A DNA stretch of 64,000 nt from Pristiophorus japonicus. Taxonomy: Eukaryota. The notes under the pieces are model-generated. The model saw only the letters and a program-made list of their open reading frames with translations. It had not been told where the DNA came from and made no database searches. The DNA lies in the NCBI RefSeq assembly GCF_044704955.1, contig NC_091993.1, positions 45,384,001-45,448,000 on the forward strand, given 5' to 3'. Shown here in pieces: positions 24,901-38,001 of this stretch. The translations under genes were made by a program, and so were the position numbers. How positions within the stretch are numbered: position 1 is the first letter of the stretch; each line of letters opens with the position of its first letter.

Positions 24901-27900
24901 GTGGAAATCGAGCTGGACAGGCTGCAACGCGAGGGCATCATCTCCCCAGTGGAATTCAGCGAGTGGGCCAGCCCGATTGTTCCAGTACTCAAAAGTGATG
25001 GCACGGTCAGGATTTGCGGTGATTATAAAGTAACTATTAATCGTTTCTCGCTACAGGACCAATACCCACGACCAAAGGCAGACGACCTATTTGCGACGTT
25101 GGCAGGAGGGTTGATGTTCACCAAGCTCGACCTGACTTCAGCCTACATGACGCAGGAGCTGGAGAAGTCTTCGAAGGGCCTCACCTGCATCAACACGCAC
25201 AAGGGACTGTTCATCTACAACAGATGCGCGTTTGGAATCAGGTCGGCTGCAGCGATCTTCCAGAGAAACATGGAGAGCCTACTCAAGTCGGTACCACACA
25301 TGGTGGTCTTTCAGGACGACATATTGGTCACGGGTCGGGAAACCGCCGACCACCTACAAAACCTGGAGGAGGTCCTCCAGCGACTGGATCGCGTAGGGCT
25401 GCGGCTGAAGAGTTCGAAATGCATCTTCATGGCAACAGAAGTGGAGTTTTGGGGAGAAAGATCGCGGCGGACGGCATTTGGCCCAGAGACGCCAAGACAG
25501 AGGCTATCAGGAACGCGCCCAGGCCACAGAATGTCAAGGAGCTGCGGTCGTTCCTGGGACTCCTCAACTATTTTGGTAACTTCCTACCGGGGTTAAGCAC
25601 CCTCTTAGAGCCCCGACATGTGTTATTACGCAAAGGTGAGAACTGGGCATGAGGAAAAAAACAAGTAATTGCTTTTGAGAAAGCCAGAAACATTTTATGC
25701 TCCAACAAGCTGCTTGTATTGTGTAACCCGTGAAAAAGACTTGTGCTAGCATGTGATGCGTCGTCGTACGGAGTCCGGTGTGTATTACAACAAGCTAACG
25801 TTGTGGGGAAGTTGCAACCTGTCGCCTATGCTGCCAGGAGCTTGTCTAAGGCCGAGAGGGCCTACAGCATGATTGAGAAAGAGGCATTAGGGTGTGTGTT
25901 CGGGGTAAAGAAAATGCATCAGTACCTGTTTGGTCTCAAATTTGAGCTGGAAACCAATCACAAGCCCCTCACATCCCTGTTCGCTGAAAACAAGGGAATA
26001 AATACTAATACCTCAGCCCACATACAAAGGTGGGCACTCGCGCTGTCAGCATATAACTATACCATCCGCCACAGGCCAGGCACTGAGAACTGTGCGGATG
26101 CTCTCAGTCGGCTACCATTGCCCACCACGGGGGTGGAAATGGTGCAGCCTGCAAGCTTGTTGATGGTGGCGCAGCCCGCAGACTTGTTGATGGTCATGGA
26201 AGCGTTTGGAAATGATAAATCACCTGTCACGGCCCGCCAGATTAGGACTTGGACCAGCCAAGATCCTCTGCTGTCCCTAGTAAAAAACTGTGAACTGCAT
26301 GGGAGCTGGGCCAGCATCCCCGTTGAAATGCAAGAGCTAATCAAGCCGTTCCAGCGGCAAAATGATGTGCTGTCCATTCAGGCCGACTGCCTGTTGTGGG
26401 GTAACCGTGTAGTGCTACCAAAAAAGGGCAGGGAGACGTTCATCTTGGATCTCCACAGCACACGCCCGGGTATAGTAATGATGAAAGTGATAGCCAGATC
26501 CCATGTGTGGTGGCCCGATATCGACTCTGACTTAGAGTCCTGTGTACGGCAATGCAGCGTGTGTGCTCAGTTGAGCAACGCGCCCAGAGAGGCACCACTA
26601 AGTTTGTGGTCCTGGCCCTCCAGACCATGGTCGAGGATCCATGTCGACTATGTGGGCCCGTTTCTTGGTAAAATGTTCCTGGTGGTGGTGGATGCTTTTT
26701 CATAATGGATTGAATGTGAAATAAGATCGGGAAGCACTGCCACCACCACCATTGAAAGCCTGAGGGCCATGTTTGCCACCCACGGCCTGCCTGACATACT
26801 GGTCAGTGACAGCAGGCCATGTTTCACCAGTGCCGAATTTAAAGAATTCATGATCTGCAATGGGATCAAACATGTCACCTTGGCCCCGTTTAAACCAGCC
26901 TCCAATGGGCAGGCAGAGCGGGCAGTACAAACCATCAATTAGAACTTGAAACGAGTTACAGAAGGCTCACTCCAAAGCCGCCTGTCCCGAGTACTACTCA
27001 GCTACCGCATGAGACCCCACTCGCTCACAGGGGTGCCCCCGGCTGAGCTACTCATGAAAAGGACACTTAAAACCAGACTCTCGCTGGTTCACCCCAACCT
27101 GCATGATCAAGTAGAGAGCAGGCGGCAGCACCAAAATGTAAATGATGGTCGCGCCACTGTGTCATGGGAAATTGATCTGAATGACCCTGTGTATGTGCTA
27201 AACTATGGACATGGTCCCAAGTGGATCGCGGGCACGGTGATAGCTAAAGAAGGGAGTAAGGTGTTTGTAGTCAAACTAGACAATGGACAAATTTGCAGAA
27301 AGCACCTGGACCAAACGAGGCTGCGGTTCACAGACTGCCCTGAACAACCCACAGCAGACACTACCTTTTTCGAGCCCACAACACACACCCAAAGGATCAA
27401 CGACACCACCCCGGACCAGGAAATAAAACCCATCATGCCCAACAGCCCAGCAAGGCCAGGCTCACCTAGCAGCCCTGCAGGGCCAACAACACACCAGCCC
27501 AGCGAGGGCACAGCCAACACATCAGAACAGACATTTGTACCGAGGCGGTCCACCAGGGAAAGAAAGGCTCCCGACCGCCTCACCTTGTAAATAGTTTTCA
27601 CTTTGACTTTGCGGGGACGTGATGTTGTGTATCTGTAAAGCATGCACTCCCATGTTCCAGCACCAGGGAGCTCAACCCCTGAAGTCCCAAGGGATCCCAG
27701 CATCCCTTGGGAGCACTGTATATAAGCCGGCCCCTAAGGCCTGTTCCTCACTCTGGAGTGTCTTATTAAAGACTGAGGTCACTGTTACTTTAACCTCCCT
27801 GTGTGCAGCCTCATCTGTGTTAGGAACACAATAGTAGCTGCTGCAATAAGGGAACAAGCCCAGACCCCGCGACCATTGACAGAATCAACTGACACTCACA

Positions 27901-28117
27901 CTCCAATCCCCAGACCAGCCTCTGAAGAGGCCCAAGCTGGGCCCTCCACATTGCCTCCTGCCGCACCCCCCCCCCCCACCCCCCACGCCCCCCATCAAGA
28001 AGTGCGCATTACCCGAGGTGTTCGAAAGAGTAAGCTTGGTACCAACCCGAGAAACGCTGCGTCACCGCCTGTGGGCAGGGTGGAGTCACCAAGACCAAGC
28101 ACAGCGGGCGGTCTTAG
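21982..28117 (+). pseudogene. Harbinger Myb/SANT-like DNA-binding gene, 3 exons (~21982-22205, 22321-22483, 22719-23249 + 27839-~28117)
   Basis: RTKNFSQDEVEA..W..CWNQLAE..RSGGQCKKKWQDL (Myb/SANT-like) and KRTQTGGGP motif. Acceptors ttgcag at 22320 and 22718; donor G|gtaagt at 22483; first donor mutated to ataagt. Codon 2 is TAA, there is a frameshift near 23020, and a Gypsy element interrupts exon 3. Confidence 0.82.
23250..27833 (+). mobile_element. Gypsy (Mag-clade-like) LTR retrotransposon, copy A1
   Basis: 211-bp LTRs at 23250-23460 and 27623-27833 (~7 mismatches); 5-bp TSD GTAGC (23245-23249/27834-27838); PBS tggtgacgag; purine tract before the 3' LTR. Gag-pol 23493-27590 carries two Cys/His knuckles, protease LDTGAS, RT FQDD, RNase H CDAS and integrase, with several stops and frameshifts. 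Confidence 0.96.
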
Positions 28118-28336
28118 AATAAGGGGGAGGAGAGATGGGTGCAGCCTTTCTTTGCTGCTGCTGTTGTTGTTATTATTATTGTTGTTACTGTTGTAACTGT
28201 TCTCAAATTAAAAGATTTTTGAAAGTTATGTAAATTTACAAGAAGAATCAGTTCCATTATTTGTTCCATTAACACAACATTACGGAACAGCTCCAAACAG
28301 TAACCATGTCCATGTGGAATAGTTGTCGCTGAGCCT

Positions 28337-29543
28337 TCAGGCAGCAAAGCATTCACGGATGAGCTACTGGCGCAAGGCTTGAGCAATCGTTAAAGAGGCA
28401 CACTGGCCCGCCCTCCTCCGCCGTCGTGCTTCGGGTTCAGGTAGTTGCATGGCTTCCTCGTCCTCCTCCTCCTCCTCATCATCATCTGCATGTTCCTCCT
28501 CATCATCAGCCACTCTCACCTCAAGTGAGTCTTTCACTACCAGGTGCTGCTGCCTCATGATGGCGAAGTTATTCAGCATGCAGCACACAACGGCGAACTG
28601 ACCGACAATCTCAGGGGAGTATAGCAACTAGCCTCCGGAATGATCCAGGCATCGGAAACTCTGTTTCAAGCTGCCAATGGTCCTCTCTATGATGCTGCGT
28701 GTCGCAATGTGTGACATGTTGTATTCCCAGTCAGCTTCCGTCTGGGTTACGCATAAGGGCGTCATGAGCCAGGTGGCGAGGCTGTACCCTTCGTCTCCCA
28801 GTAGCCAGCTCTGCCCTTCTGGCTACTGCTGAAACATGGCAGATATAACGCTCTCACGTAGGATGAACGCATCATGGGTGCTCCCAGGGTATCTCGCATT
28901 AACTGACATGATGCGATACATGTCGTCACACACAAGCTGCACATTCACGGAGTGGAAGCCTTTTCTGTTCCTGTACATCTCGGAATCCTCCAAAGGTGCT
29001 CGCAAGGCGATGTGGGTAAATCAATGCAGCCCTGTACCTTTGGGAAGCCAGCAATCCTGGAGAAGCCCACAGCCCTGTCACGCATTGCCTGGGGGGTCAA
29101 GGGAACTTTATATAGTCCAGGCATATAGTGTAGCAGTCACCTGCCGAATGCAGATATGAGTTGCATGTTGAGAAATGGCACACACATCCACAGTTGTGGC
29201 CTGGAATGATCCCGATGCATAGAATGAAAGTGCAGCGGTAACCTTCACTTCAACTGACAAAGCAGTCCTCCTGACACTTCTAGGTTGCAAGTCTGTTTTT
29301 ACTAATTCACAGATTTCGGTTACAATTTCTATGTGGAAACGCAGCCTTCTCACACAGTCTGCATCACTCAGGTGCAGGTATGAATGCCTGTCTCGATATA
29401 CCCGACATGGGTAAGGCCTCCTGCCCATCATCCTACGTGCTCTGAGGTTCCTCATAGAATGACGCTGCATCAATCATCTCCTCTGCAGCACCATCATGCA
29501 GAAGGGCTCGCACGAGGTTTGGCAATGTCAATATTGCCCCCAT
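28337..29543 (-). pseudogene. Harbinger DDE transposase (HARBI1-like), disrupted
   Basis: [61 protein letters not shown] and CCMLNN motifs, followed by an acidic tail. Contains stops and frameshifts. Confidence 0.9.
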
Positions 29544-30874
29544 AATTAAATTGTAGCTTTGCAAGAAGCTCGAAACAGCAGGACAAGGAGTTAAAGCTTC
29601 TCTGTTCTCTCTCTCCCCAAGGTCGATGCCCTAGTATGGACCACACCCTGGTCTGTGCATGCATATTAGGTTTGCTTAGAACAGGAAGCTAGGCATTCAA
29701 TGAGGACATTTGGGGCAATGAAGGCGAATGCAATTCTTTCATTTGAGATTTTTTTCAAAGTACCACCCCACCACTGACAGAACGTCTCCTCACCAGGCTC
29801 AAGGGTCAGCCGGCAGAATCACTCTGTTGCCCGGACACAGGAGCTCGGCAAACACCCCACCCCCCACCCACACGAGCTTCTTTTGAAGCTGCTGCATAGT
29901 GTAAGGCTTCCCATGCCTTCGGTTCGACTTCCAACCCCCACCCCCGAGCTTCTTTTAAAGCCAAGCCCCGAGCCCGTGTCTGGGCAAGGGAGAAATTCTG
30001 CCGGCCGATGCTCTGACCCTCGAGCCCAGTGAGGAGAGATTCGGTGGTGGTATGGCAGATAGAAAAAATACAAAATTAAAGAATTTCATTAGACTTCCAT
30101 TTTCTCCATTTTGAGTTTGAAAAAAATAAGCTTCATGATGCATTCTTCTTGACTCCCTCCAAAGCTTAGCATTAAAACAATTTTTTAACGTGCGCTGGTT
30201 TTTCTTAAGTGCTCAGAAGGTTTTTTGGGAGTGGTCACATACGCCGTCCTCCGAATAATGCAAGTTGGCCAAACTTGCATAAATGTGAAAAACTGGCGCA
30301 GACATCAGGTTACGCCGCCATGACGCAAAAAAATCGTAACTAACTGAGTTACGCTAGCACAGAAACTTTGGGGAAACTTGGATATTTTAATTTACGCAAA
30401 AGAAAAGCGCTGTGCGCCAAAAAAATAGCGCAGATAACTGGGGAAAATTGAGCCCAATATTGAATGTACATTTAATATTTACTCTGTCTGAAGTATCCTC
30501 TGAATCTGGTGGCAATGTCCATGCCCCCACGGCCTCATTTGTGTCTAACAGTAGGGAGGTAAGGAGCCAAAACAGAGAGTGATGCCGAAATACCAACTTA
30601 CCTCTGAGCTCCCCCCAGGTAGGATTTTCAGGCGGTCATCGACCCTGACAGCTCGGGTTCTCGACGGAAATGGGTGGGATTGTCGTGGATGGACGGTAAA
30701 CCGAATTAAAGGATACAGTAATGACCCCGACCCCAGTTTTGTCTCTGCCCGCTGGAGTATCGGCAGTTCCTGCTCCCGCCCAACAAACATGGGTGCTGCA
30801 AGTCAGGGTGCGGACATTTTCAGCAGTCAGGGGGAGCTGGAGGGGGATTTGACAAACTTCCTAAATGCCTGTCA

Positions 30875-31085
30875 CCAATGGTTAGGATTTGGAACGCACT
30901 TCCTGATAAGGTGGTGGATACAGATTCAATAGTTGCCTTCAAAAGAGAATTGAATAAATACTTGAAGGAGAATAATTTGCCAGGATATGGGAATAGAGCG
31001 GGGAGAGTGGGACTAACTGGATCGCTCTCCGACCTGAAGGAACAAATGGACTCCTCCTGTCCTGTACTATTCTATGATTCGATGA
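30875..31085 (+). mobile_element. CR1 3' end
   Basis: VRIWNALP..VV...FKREL..YL; attctatgatt tail. Confidence 0.8.
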
Positions 31086-31844
31086 CTGCTGTAGATGCTG
31101 CAAAAAGTTTGCTTTCTGCTCGAAACCGTTGTTTCTTTTCAGTCCTATTGCGTCGCCTCTTCCCTTCGAGAGGTTGCCATGGCCCTTCAAATCCGGTTGC
31201 CCAGCTGTGTTTGCCGCTCTCCAGATGGCACATTTCGCTCCGGCAATTTGCAAAATGAAAGTCATTCAAGCTTGACCACGAAATGCAACTGGCAAAATAT
31301 CGGCTTCTTGGGGAAGATCTTGACTCTGTGCGATGGTGCACAATGGGCGATCGTGTAAAACGGGCGTTAGTGAATCAGCAGCTTGTTTTCCATCTGTCCA
31401 CATTTTTATATCTGTTGACTTCCTAGAGCAATGAACAGCAGAGAGATGTGAAAGAGGCTGACAACTCAATATCGCCCACTAGTGTACAAAGTCAAGATTT
31501 ACTCCCTTTGCTGGGCACAGCCATGCTCCATATCACCCGCCCGACTAGCGCTCCACTCCAAAACCATCCCGCGTGTTTCCAAATTGTCACAATTTATAGT
31601 GATGTGAGCTGCTCTCCCATGGCATTGCACATGCGCACCGATATTTGACCAACCAGTAACTGAGCACACATCATCCGCTGTGAGTGCTGGGACACAACTG
31701 GGATACCACCCGATATTTTCAGGACCAATTAGCCTTCTCTTTTAAAAATATGGAGCAAAATATTTAAAAGACACATTTTGCTGTGACCAGCTCTACTGAT
31801 GGGGACCAGTGAGCTACAGGTCTACACAACAGGTGCCAGCTGTG

Positions 31845-32676
31845 GCTCAGTGGGCAAACATTTGGCAGATGGAGTATAATGTTGGAAAGTGTGAGGTTAT
31901 GCATTTTGGCAGAAAAAAATCAAAGAGCAAGTTATTATTTAAATGGAGAAAGATTGCAAAGTGCTGCAGTATAGTGGGACTTGGGGGTACTTGTGCATGA
32001 AACACAAAAGGATAGTATGTAGGCACAACAAGTGATCAGGAAGGCCAATGGAATCTTAGCCTTTATTGCAAAGGGGATGGAGTTTAAAAGCAGGGAAGTT
32101 TTGCTACAGCTATACAGGGTATTGGAGAGGCCACACCTGGAATACTGCGTGCAGTTTTGGTTTCCGTATTTAAGAAAGGATATACTTGCTTTGGAGGCAG
32201 TTCAGAGAAGGTTCACTGGGTTGATTCCGGAGATGAGGGGTTTGATTTATGAGGAAAAGTTGAGGAGGTTGGACCTCTACTCATTGGAAGAATGAGAGGT
32301 AACCTTATCGAAACGTATAAGATTATGAGGGGGCTTGACAAGGTGGATGCAGAGAGGATGTTTCCACTGATGGGGGAGACTAGAACTAGGGGGCATGATC
32401 TTAGAATAAGGGACCGCCCATTTAAAAAGACATGAGGAGAAATTTCTTCTCTCAGAGGGTTGTAAATCTGTGGAATTCGCTGCCTCGGAGAGCTGTGGAA
32501 GCTGGAACATTGAATACATTTAAGACAGAAATAGACAGTTTTTTAAACATTAAGGGAATAAGGGGTTATGGGGAGAGGGCGGGGAAATGGAGCTGAGTCC
32601 ATGATCTTATTGAATGGCGGAGCAGGATCGAGGGGCCGCATGGCCTACTCCTGCTCCTATTTCTTATGTTCTTATT
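31845..32676 (+). mobile_element. CR1 3' fragment
   Basis: ORFs 31809-32000 and 32032-32295; ttcttatgttctta tail. Confidence 0.9.
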
Positions 32677-32679
32677 CTC

Positions 32680-33041
32680 ATCTCTTGGTCAGAAGGTTGT
32701 GGGTTCAAGTCCTGCTCCAGAGACATAATCGAGGCGAACACCTAGGGGCCACCTTTTGGATGAGATGTTAAAACTTTCAGGGGGATGTGAAAAATCCCAC
32801 GGCATTATTTTGAAGAAGAGCAGGTGTCCTGGTCAATATTTATGCTTCCACCAATATCACTAAACACAGATTATCTGGTCATTTATCTTATTGCTGTTTG
32901 TGGGAGCTTGCTGTGCACCGATTGACTGCAGCGATTCCCACATTTCAACAGTGACTACATTTTAAAAGTACTTCATCAGCTGTAAAGTGTTTTGGAATGT
33001 CTTGAAGTAGTGAAAGGCGCTATATAAATGCAAGTTTTTCT
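32680..33041 (+). mobile_element. Deu-domain SINE, internally deleted
   Basis: B-box gggttcaagtcc, Deu core remnant and tail gaaaggcgctatataaatgcaag. Confidence 0.7.
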
Positions 33042-33116
33042 TTAAATGTAATGCGGATATAATATATTAAACGTAATGCGTATATAATATATTAAATGTA
33101 ATGCGGATATAATATA
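33042..33116 (+). repeat. 25-bp minisatellite x3
   Basis: Unit ttaaatgtaatgcggatataatata. Confidence 0.9.
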
Positions 33117-33407
33117 CTACAAGTCTGGTGTATGCACACAATTTCCATACACTTTTTCTACTTCTTTCTGTCATGCTTTTTGTCCACGCCTTTTCTGCCA
33201 AGCCTGTTTCCAATGCTCTTATGATATTAAAGGGGGTACAGGAACAGAGGGATCTTGCAGTTCACATTCCCAAATCTTTGGTGGCAGTACAAGTTGATAA
33301 AGTTGTTAAAAAATTGTTATGGCCCGAATAAAGTAATGTGATTGAGTACTGTATACATGAGCACGTGTAACCTTAGTCTCTTTATTCTAACTCCAGAGTG
33401 TTGGTGA

Positions 33408-36400
33408 TGTTGTGTATCGATAAAGCATGCACTCCCATGTTCCGCCACCAGGGAGCTCATCCCCTGAAGTCCCAAGGGATCCCAGCATCCCTTGGGAGCA
33501 CTGTATATAAGCCGGCCCCTAAGGCCTGTTCCTCACTCTGGAGTGTCTTATTAAAGACTGAGGTCACTGTTACTTTAACCTCCCTGTGTGCAGTCTCATC
33601 TGTGGGTTAGAAACACAATAACTGGCGCCGAGAATACGAATCCAACGCAAAGATGCAGCAAACTGTGGGCATCCTGGAGAAGTCCTCGGAGGGTGAGGAC
33701 TGGGAAGCCTATGTCGAACGGCTAGACCTGTACTTTGTAGCCAACGAGCTGGACGGAGAAGGAAGTGCTGCAAAAAGGAGAGCGGTCCTCCTCACAGTCT
33801 GCGGGGCACCGACCTACAACCTCATGAAGAATCTTCTGGCTCCGGTGAAACCCACAGATAAGTCGTATGAGGAACTGCGTACACTGGTTCAGGAGCATCT
33901 TAACCCGAGGGCGAGGTATCGGTTCTACACGTGCCAGCGATCTGAAGGTCAAGAAGTGGCGAGCTACGTCGCCGAGCTAAGGCGATTTGCAGGACAATGT
34001 GAGTTTGATGGCTACCTGGAGCAAATGCTCAGAGACTTTTTTGTACTGGGCATTGGCCACGAGACCATCCTACGAAAACTTTTGACTGTAGAGACATCGA
34101 CCCTCAGTAAGGCCATTGCGATAGCACAGGTGTTTATGTCCACCAGTGATAACACCAAACAAATCTCTCAGCACACAAGTGCCAGCAATGTTCATAAATT
34201 AACTGGAACTGTGTTGCGAACAGAAATGTACAGGGCAGAACCCACGAGTCTGCAACCGCCAGCAGGTGACCCAGATGACTCAGAGTCTCCAGCAAAGGAT
34301 GAATGCAAGGCAATTCACACCTTGTTGGCATTGTGGAGGCTTCCATTCAGCCTATTCATGCCGCTTCAAAGGGTATGTTTGCAAGAGCTGTGGAACAATG
34401 GGGCACCTCCAACGAGCTTGCAAACAAGCTGCAAGCTCTGCAAAACCTGATAACCACCATGTGGCAGAGGAAGATCGGTCCATGGTGGATCAAAGCAATT
34501 TTGAGCCTCAGAGAGAGGAGGCAGATGCTGAAGTACATGGGGTGCACACATTTTCGACGAAATGTCCACCTATAATGCTAAACGTAAAATTGAATGGCTT
34601 ACCCGTAGCCATGGAACTGGAGACTGGCGCTAGCCAATCCATCATGAGCTAAAAGATGTTTGAGAGACTGTGGTGCAACAAGGCACTCAGACCAGCCCTG
34701 AGCCCCATCCACACGAAACTGAGAACATACACCAAAGAGCTTATCACTGTACTGGGCAGCGCCATGGTCAAGGTCACCTATGAGGGCACGGTGCACAAAC
34801 TGCCACTCTGGATTGTCCCGGGTGATGGCCCCACACTGCTTGGAAGGAGCTGGCTGGGCAAAATCCGCTCGAACTGGGATGACATCCGAGGGCTATTACA
34901 TGTCGATGAGGCCTCATGTGCCCAGGTTCTTAACAAATTTTCTTCCATGTTTGAGCCAGGCATTGGAAACTTTTCCGGGGCGAAGGTGCGGATCCACTTG
35001 GTTCCAGAGGCATGACCCATTCACCACAAGGTGCGAGTGGTACCTCACATGATGAGGGAGAGAGTGGAAATCGTGATGGACAGGCTGGAACGCGAGGGCA
35101 TCATCTCCCCAGTGCAATTCAGCGAGTGGGCCAGCCCGATTGTTCCAGTACTCAAAAGTGATGGCACGGTCAGGATTTGCGGCGATTATAAAGTAACTAT
35201 TAATCGTTTCTCGCTACAGGACCAATACCCACTACCTAAGGCAGACGACATATTTGCGACACTGGCAGGAGGCAAAACTTTCACCAAGCTCGACCTGACT
35301 TCGGCCTACATGACGCAAGAGCTGGAGGAGTCTTCGAAGGGCCTCACCTGCATCAACATGCACAAGGGACTGTTCATCGATAACAGATGCCCGTTTGGAA
35401 TTCGGTCAGCGGCAGCGATCTTCCAGAGAAACATGGAGAGCCTGCTCAAGTCGGTTCCACACATGGTGTTCTTTCAGGACCGACATATTGGTCACGGGTC
35501 GGGACACCGCCGAGCACCTACAAAACCTGGAGGAGGTCCTCCAGTGACTGGATCGCGTAGGGCTGCGGCTGAGGAAGTCGAAATGCCTCTTCATGGCAAC
35601 AGAAGTGGAGTTTTTGGGGAGAAAGATCGCGGTGGACGGCATTCGGCCCACAGGTGCCAAGACAGAGGCTATCAGGAACGCGCCCAAGCCACAGAATGTC
35701 ACAGAGCTGCGGTCGTTCCTAGGACTCCTCAACTATTTTGGGAACTTCCTACCGGGGTTAAGCACCCTTTTAGAGCCCCTACATGTGTTATTGAGCAAAG
35801 GTGAGAACTGGGTATGGGGAAAAAAACAAGTAATTGCTTTTGAGAAAGCCAGAAACATTTTATGCTCCAACAAGTTGCTTGTATTGTATAACCCGTGTAA
35901 AAGACTTGTGCTAGCATGTGATGCGTCGTCGTACGGAGTCGGGTGTGTATTACAACAAGCTAACATTGCGGGGAAGTTGCATCCTGTCGCCTATGCTTCC
36001 AGGAGCTTGTCTAAGGCCGAGAGGGCCGACAGCATGACTGGCAAAGAGGCATTAGCGTGAGTTTGGGGTAAAGAAAATGCATCAGTATCTGTTTGGCCTC
36101 AAATTTGAGCTGGAAACCGATCACAAGCCCCTCACATCCCTGATCGCTGAAAACAAGGGGATAAATACTAATGCCTCAGCCCGCATACAAAGGTGGGCAC
36201 TCGCGCTATCAGCGTATAACTATACCATCCGTCACAGACCAGGCACCGTGAACTGTGCAGATGCTCTCAGTCGACTACCATTGCCCACCACGGGGGTGGA
36301 AATGGCGCAGCCGGCAAACTTGTTGATGGTGGCGCAGCCCGCAGACTTGTTGATGGTCATGGAAGCGTTTGAAAATGATAAATCACCTGTCATGGCCTGC

Positions 36401-38001
36401 CAGATTAGGACATGGACAGCCAAGATCCTCTGCTGTCCCTAGTAAAAAAACTGTGTACTGCATGGGAGCTGGGCCAGCATCCACTTTGAAATGCAAGAGC
36501 TAATCAAGCCGTTCCAACGGCGAAAGGATGAGCTGTCCATTCAGGCAGACTGCATGTTGTGGGGTAACCGCGTTGTGCTACCAAAAAAGGGCAGGGAGAC
36601 GTTCATCTCGGATCTCCACAGCACACACCCGGGTAATATATAGTAATGATGAAAGCGATAGCCAGATCCCACGTGTGGTGGCCTGGTATCGACTCTGACT
36701 TAGAGTCCTGTGTACGGCAATGCAGCGTGTGTGCTCAGTTGAGCAACGCGCCCAGAGAGGCACCACTAAGTTTGTGGTCCTGGCCCTTCAGACCATGGTT
36801 GAGGATCCATGTCGACTACGTGGGCCCGTTTCTCGGTAAAATGTTCCTGGTGGTGTGGATGCTTTTACAAAATGGATTGAATGTGAAATAATGTCGGGAA
36901 GCACCGCCACCGCCACCATTGAAAGCCTGAGGGCCATGTTTGCCACCCACGGCCTGCCTGACATACTGGTCAGTGACAATGGGCCATGTTTCACCAGTGC
37001 CGAATTTAAAGAATTCATGACCCGCAATGGGATCAAACATGTCGCCTCGGCCCCGTTTAAACCAGCCTCCAATGGGCAGGCAGAGCGGGCAGTACAAACC
37101 ATCAAACAGAGCCTGAAACGAGTCACAGAAGGCGCACTCCAAACCCGCCTGTCCTGAGTACTGCTCAGCTACCGCACGAGACCCCACTCGCTCACAGGGG
37201 TGCCCCCGGCTGAGCTACTCATGAAAAGGACACTTAAAACCAGGCTCTCGCTGGTTCACCCCAACCTGCACGATCAGGTCGAGAGCAGGCAGCAGTAACA
37301 AAATGTAAACGATGGTCGCGCCACTGTGTCACGGGAAATTGATCTGAATGACCCTGTGTATGTGCTAAACTATGGACATGGTCCCAAGTGGATCGCGGGC
37401 ACGGTGATAGCTAAAGAAGGGAATAGGGTGTTTGTAATCAAACTAGACAATGGACAAATTTGCAGAAAGCACCTGGACCAAACAAGGCTGCGGTTCACAG
37501 ACTGCCCTGAACTACCCACAGCAGACACCACCTTTTTCGAGCCCACAACACACACCCAAAGGATCAACGACACCATCCCAGACCTGGAAATCGAACCCAT
37601 CACACCCAACAGCCCAGCAAGTCCAAGCTCAACTAGCAGCCCTGCAGGGCCAACATCACGCCAGCCCAGCGAGGGCACAGCCAACACACCAGAACAGACA
37701 TTTGTACCGAGGTGGTCCACCAGGGAAAGAAAGGCTCCGACCACCTCACCTTATAAATAGTTTTCACTTTGACTTTGCGGGGGGGAGTGATGTTGTGTAT
37801 CTGTAAAGCATGCACTCCCATATTACGCCACCAGGGAGCTCATCCCCTGAAGTCCCAAGGGATCCCAGCATCCCTTGGGAGCACTGTATATTAGCCGGCC
37901 CCTAAGGTCTGTTCCTCACTCTGGAGTGTCTTTTTAAAGACTGAGGTTACTGTTACGTTAACCTCCCTGTGTGCAGCCTCATCTGTGTTAGGAACACAAT
38001 A
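33408..38001 (+). mobile_element. Gypsy copy A2 (same family as A1), inserted in the 3' LTR of element B
   Basis: LTRs 33408-33620 and 37791-38001; PBS tggcgccgag; PPT gcgggggggagt; disrupted gag-pol 33653-37755, closely similar to A1. No TSD. Confidence 0.95.

Larger units (their letters stand above)
21622..30455. mobile_element. Full-length decayed autonomous PIF/Harbinger DNA transposon (~4.25 kb without the Gypsy insert)
   Basis: Perfect 17-bp TIRs GGGCTCAATTTTCCCCA (21622-21638) and TGGGGAAAATTGAGCCC (30439-30455) enclose convergent Myb-like and DDE transposase genes. The TSD is not preserved (ctt/aat). Confidence 0.92.

Noticed and set aside
28337-29543. Host HARBI1 gene
   Set aside because: It lies within TIRs next to a Myb-like partner and has stops and frameshifts, so it is a transposon copy and not the domesticated gene.
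23250-38001. A1 and A2 as a segmental duplication or assembly artefact
   Set aside because: They have different flanks, private indels (26-bp loss in the A1 protease region, 15-bp loss in A2 gag) and different junction structures, consistent with independent insertions.
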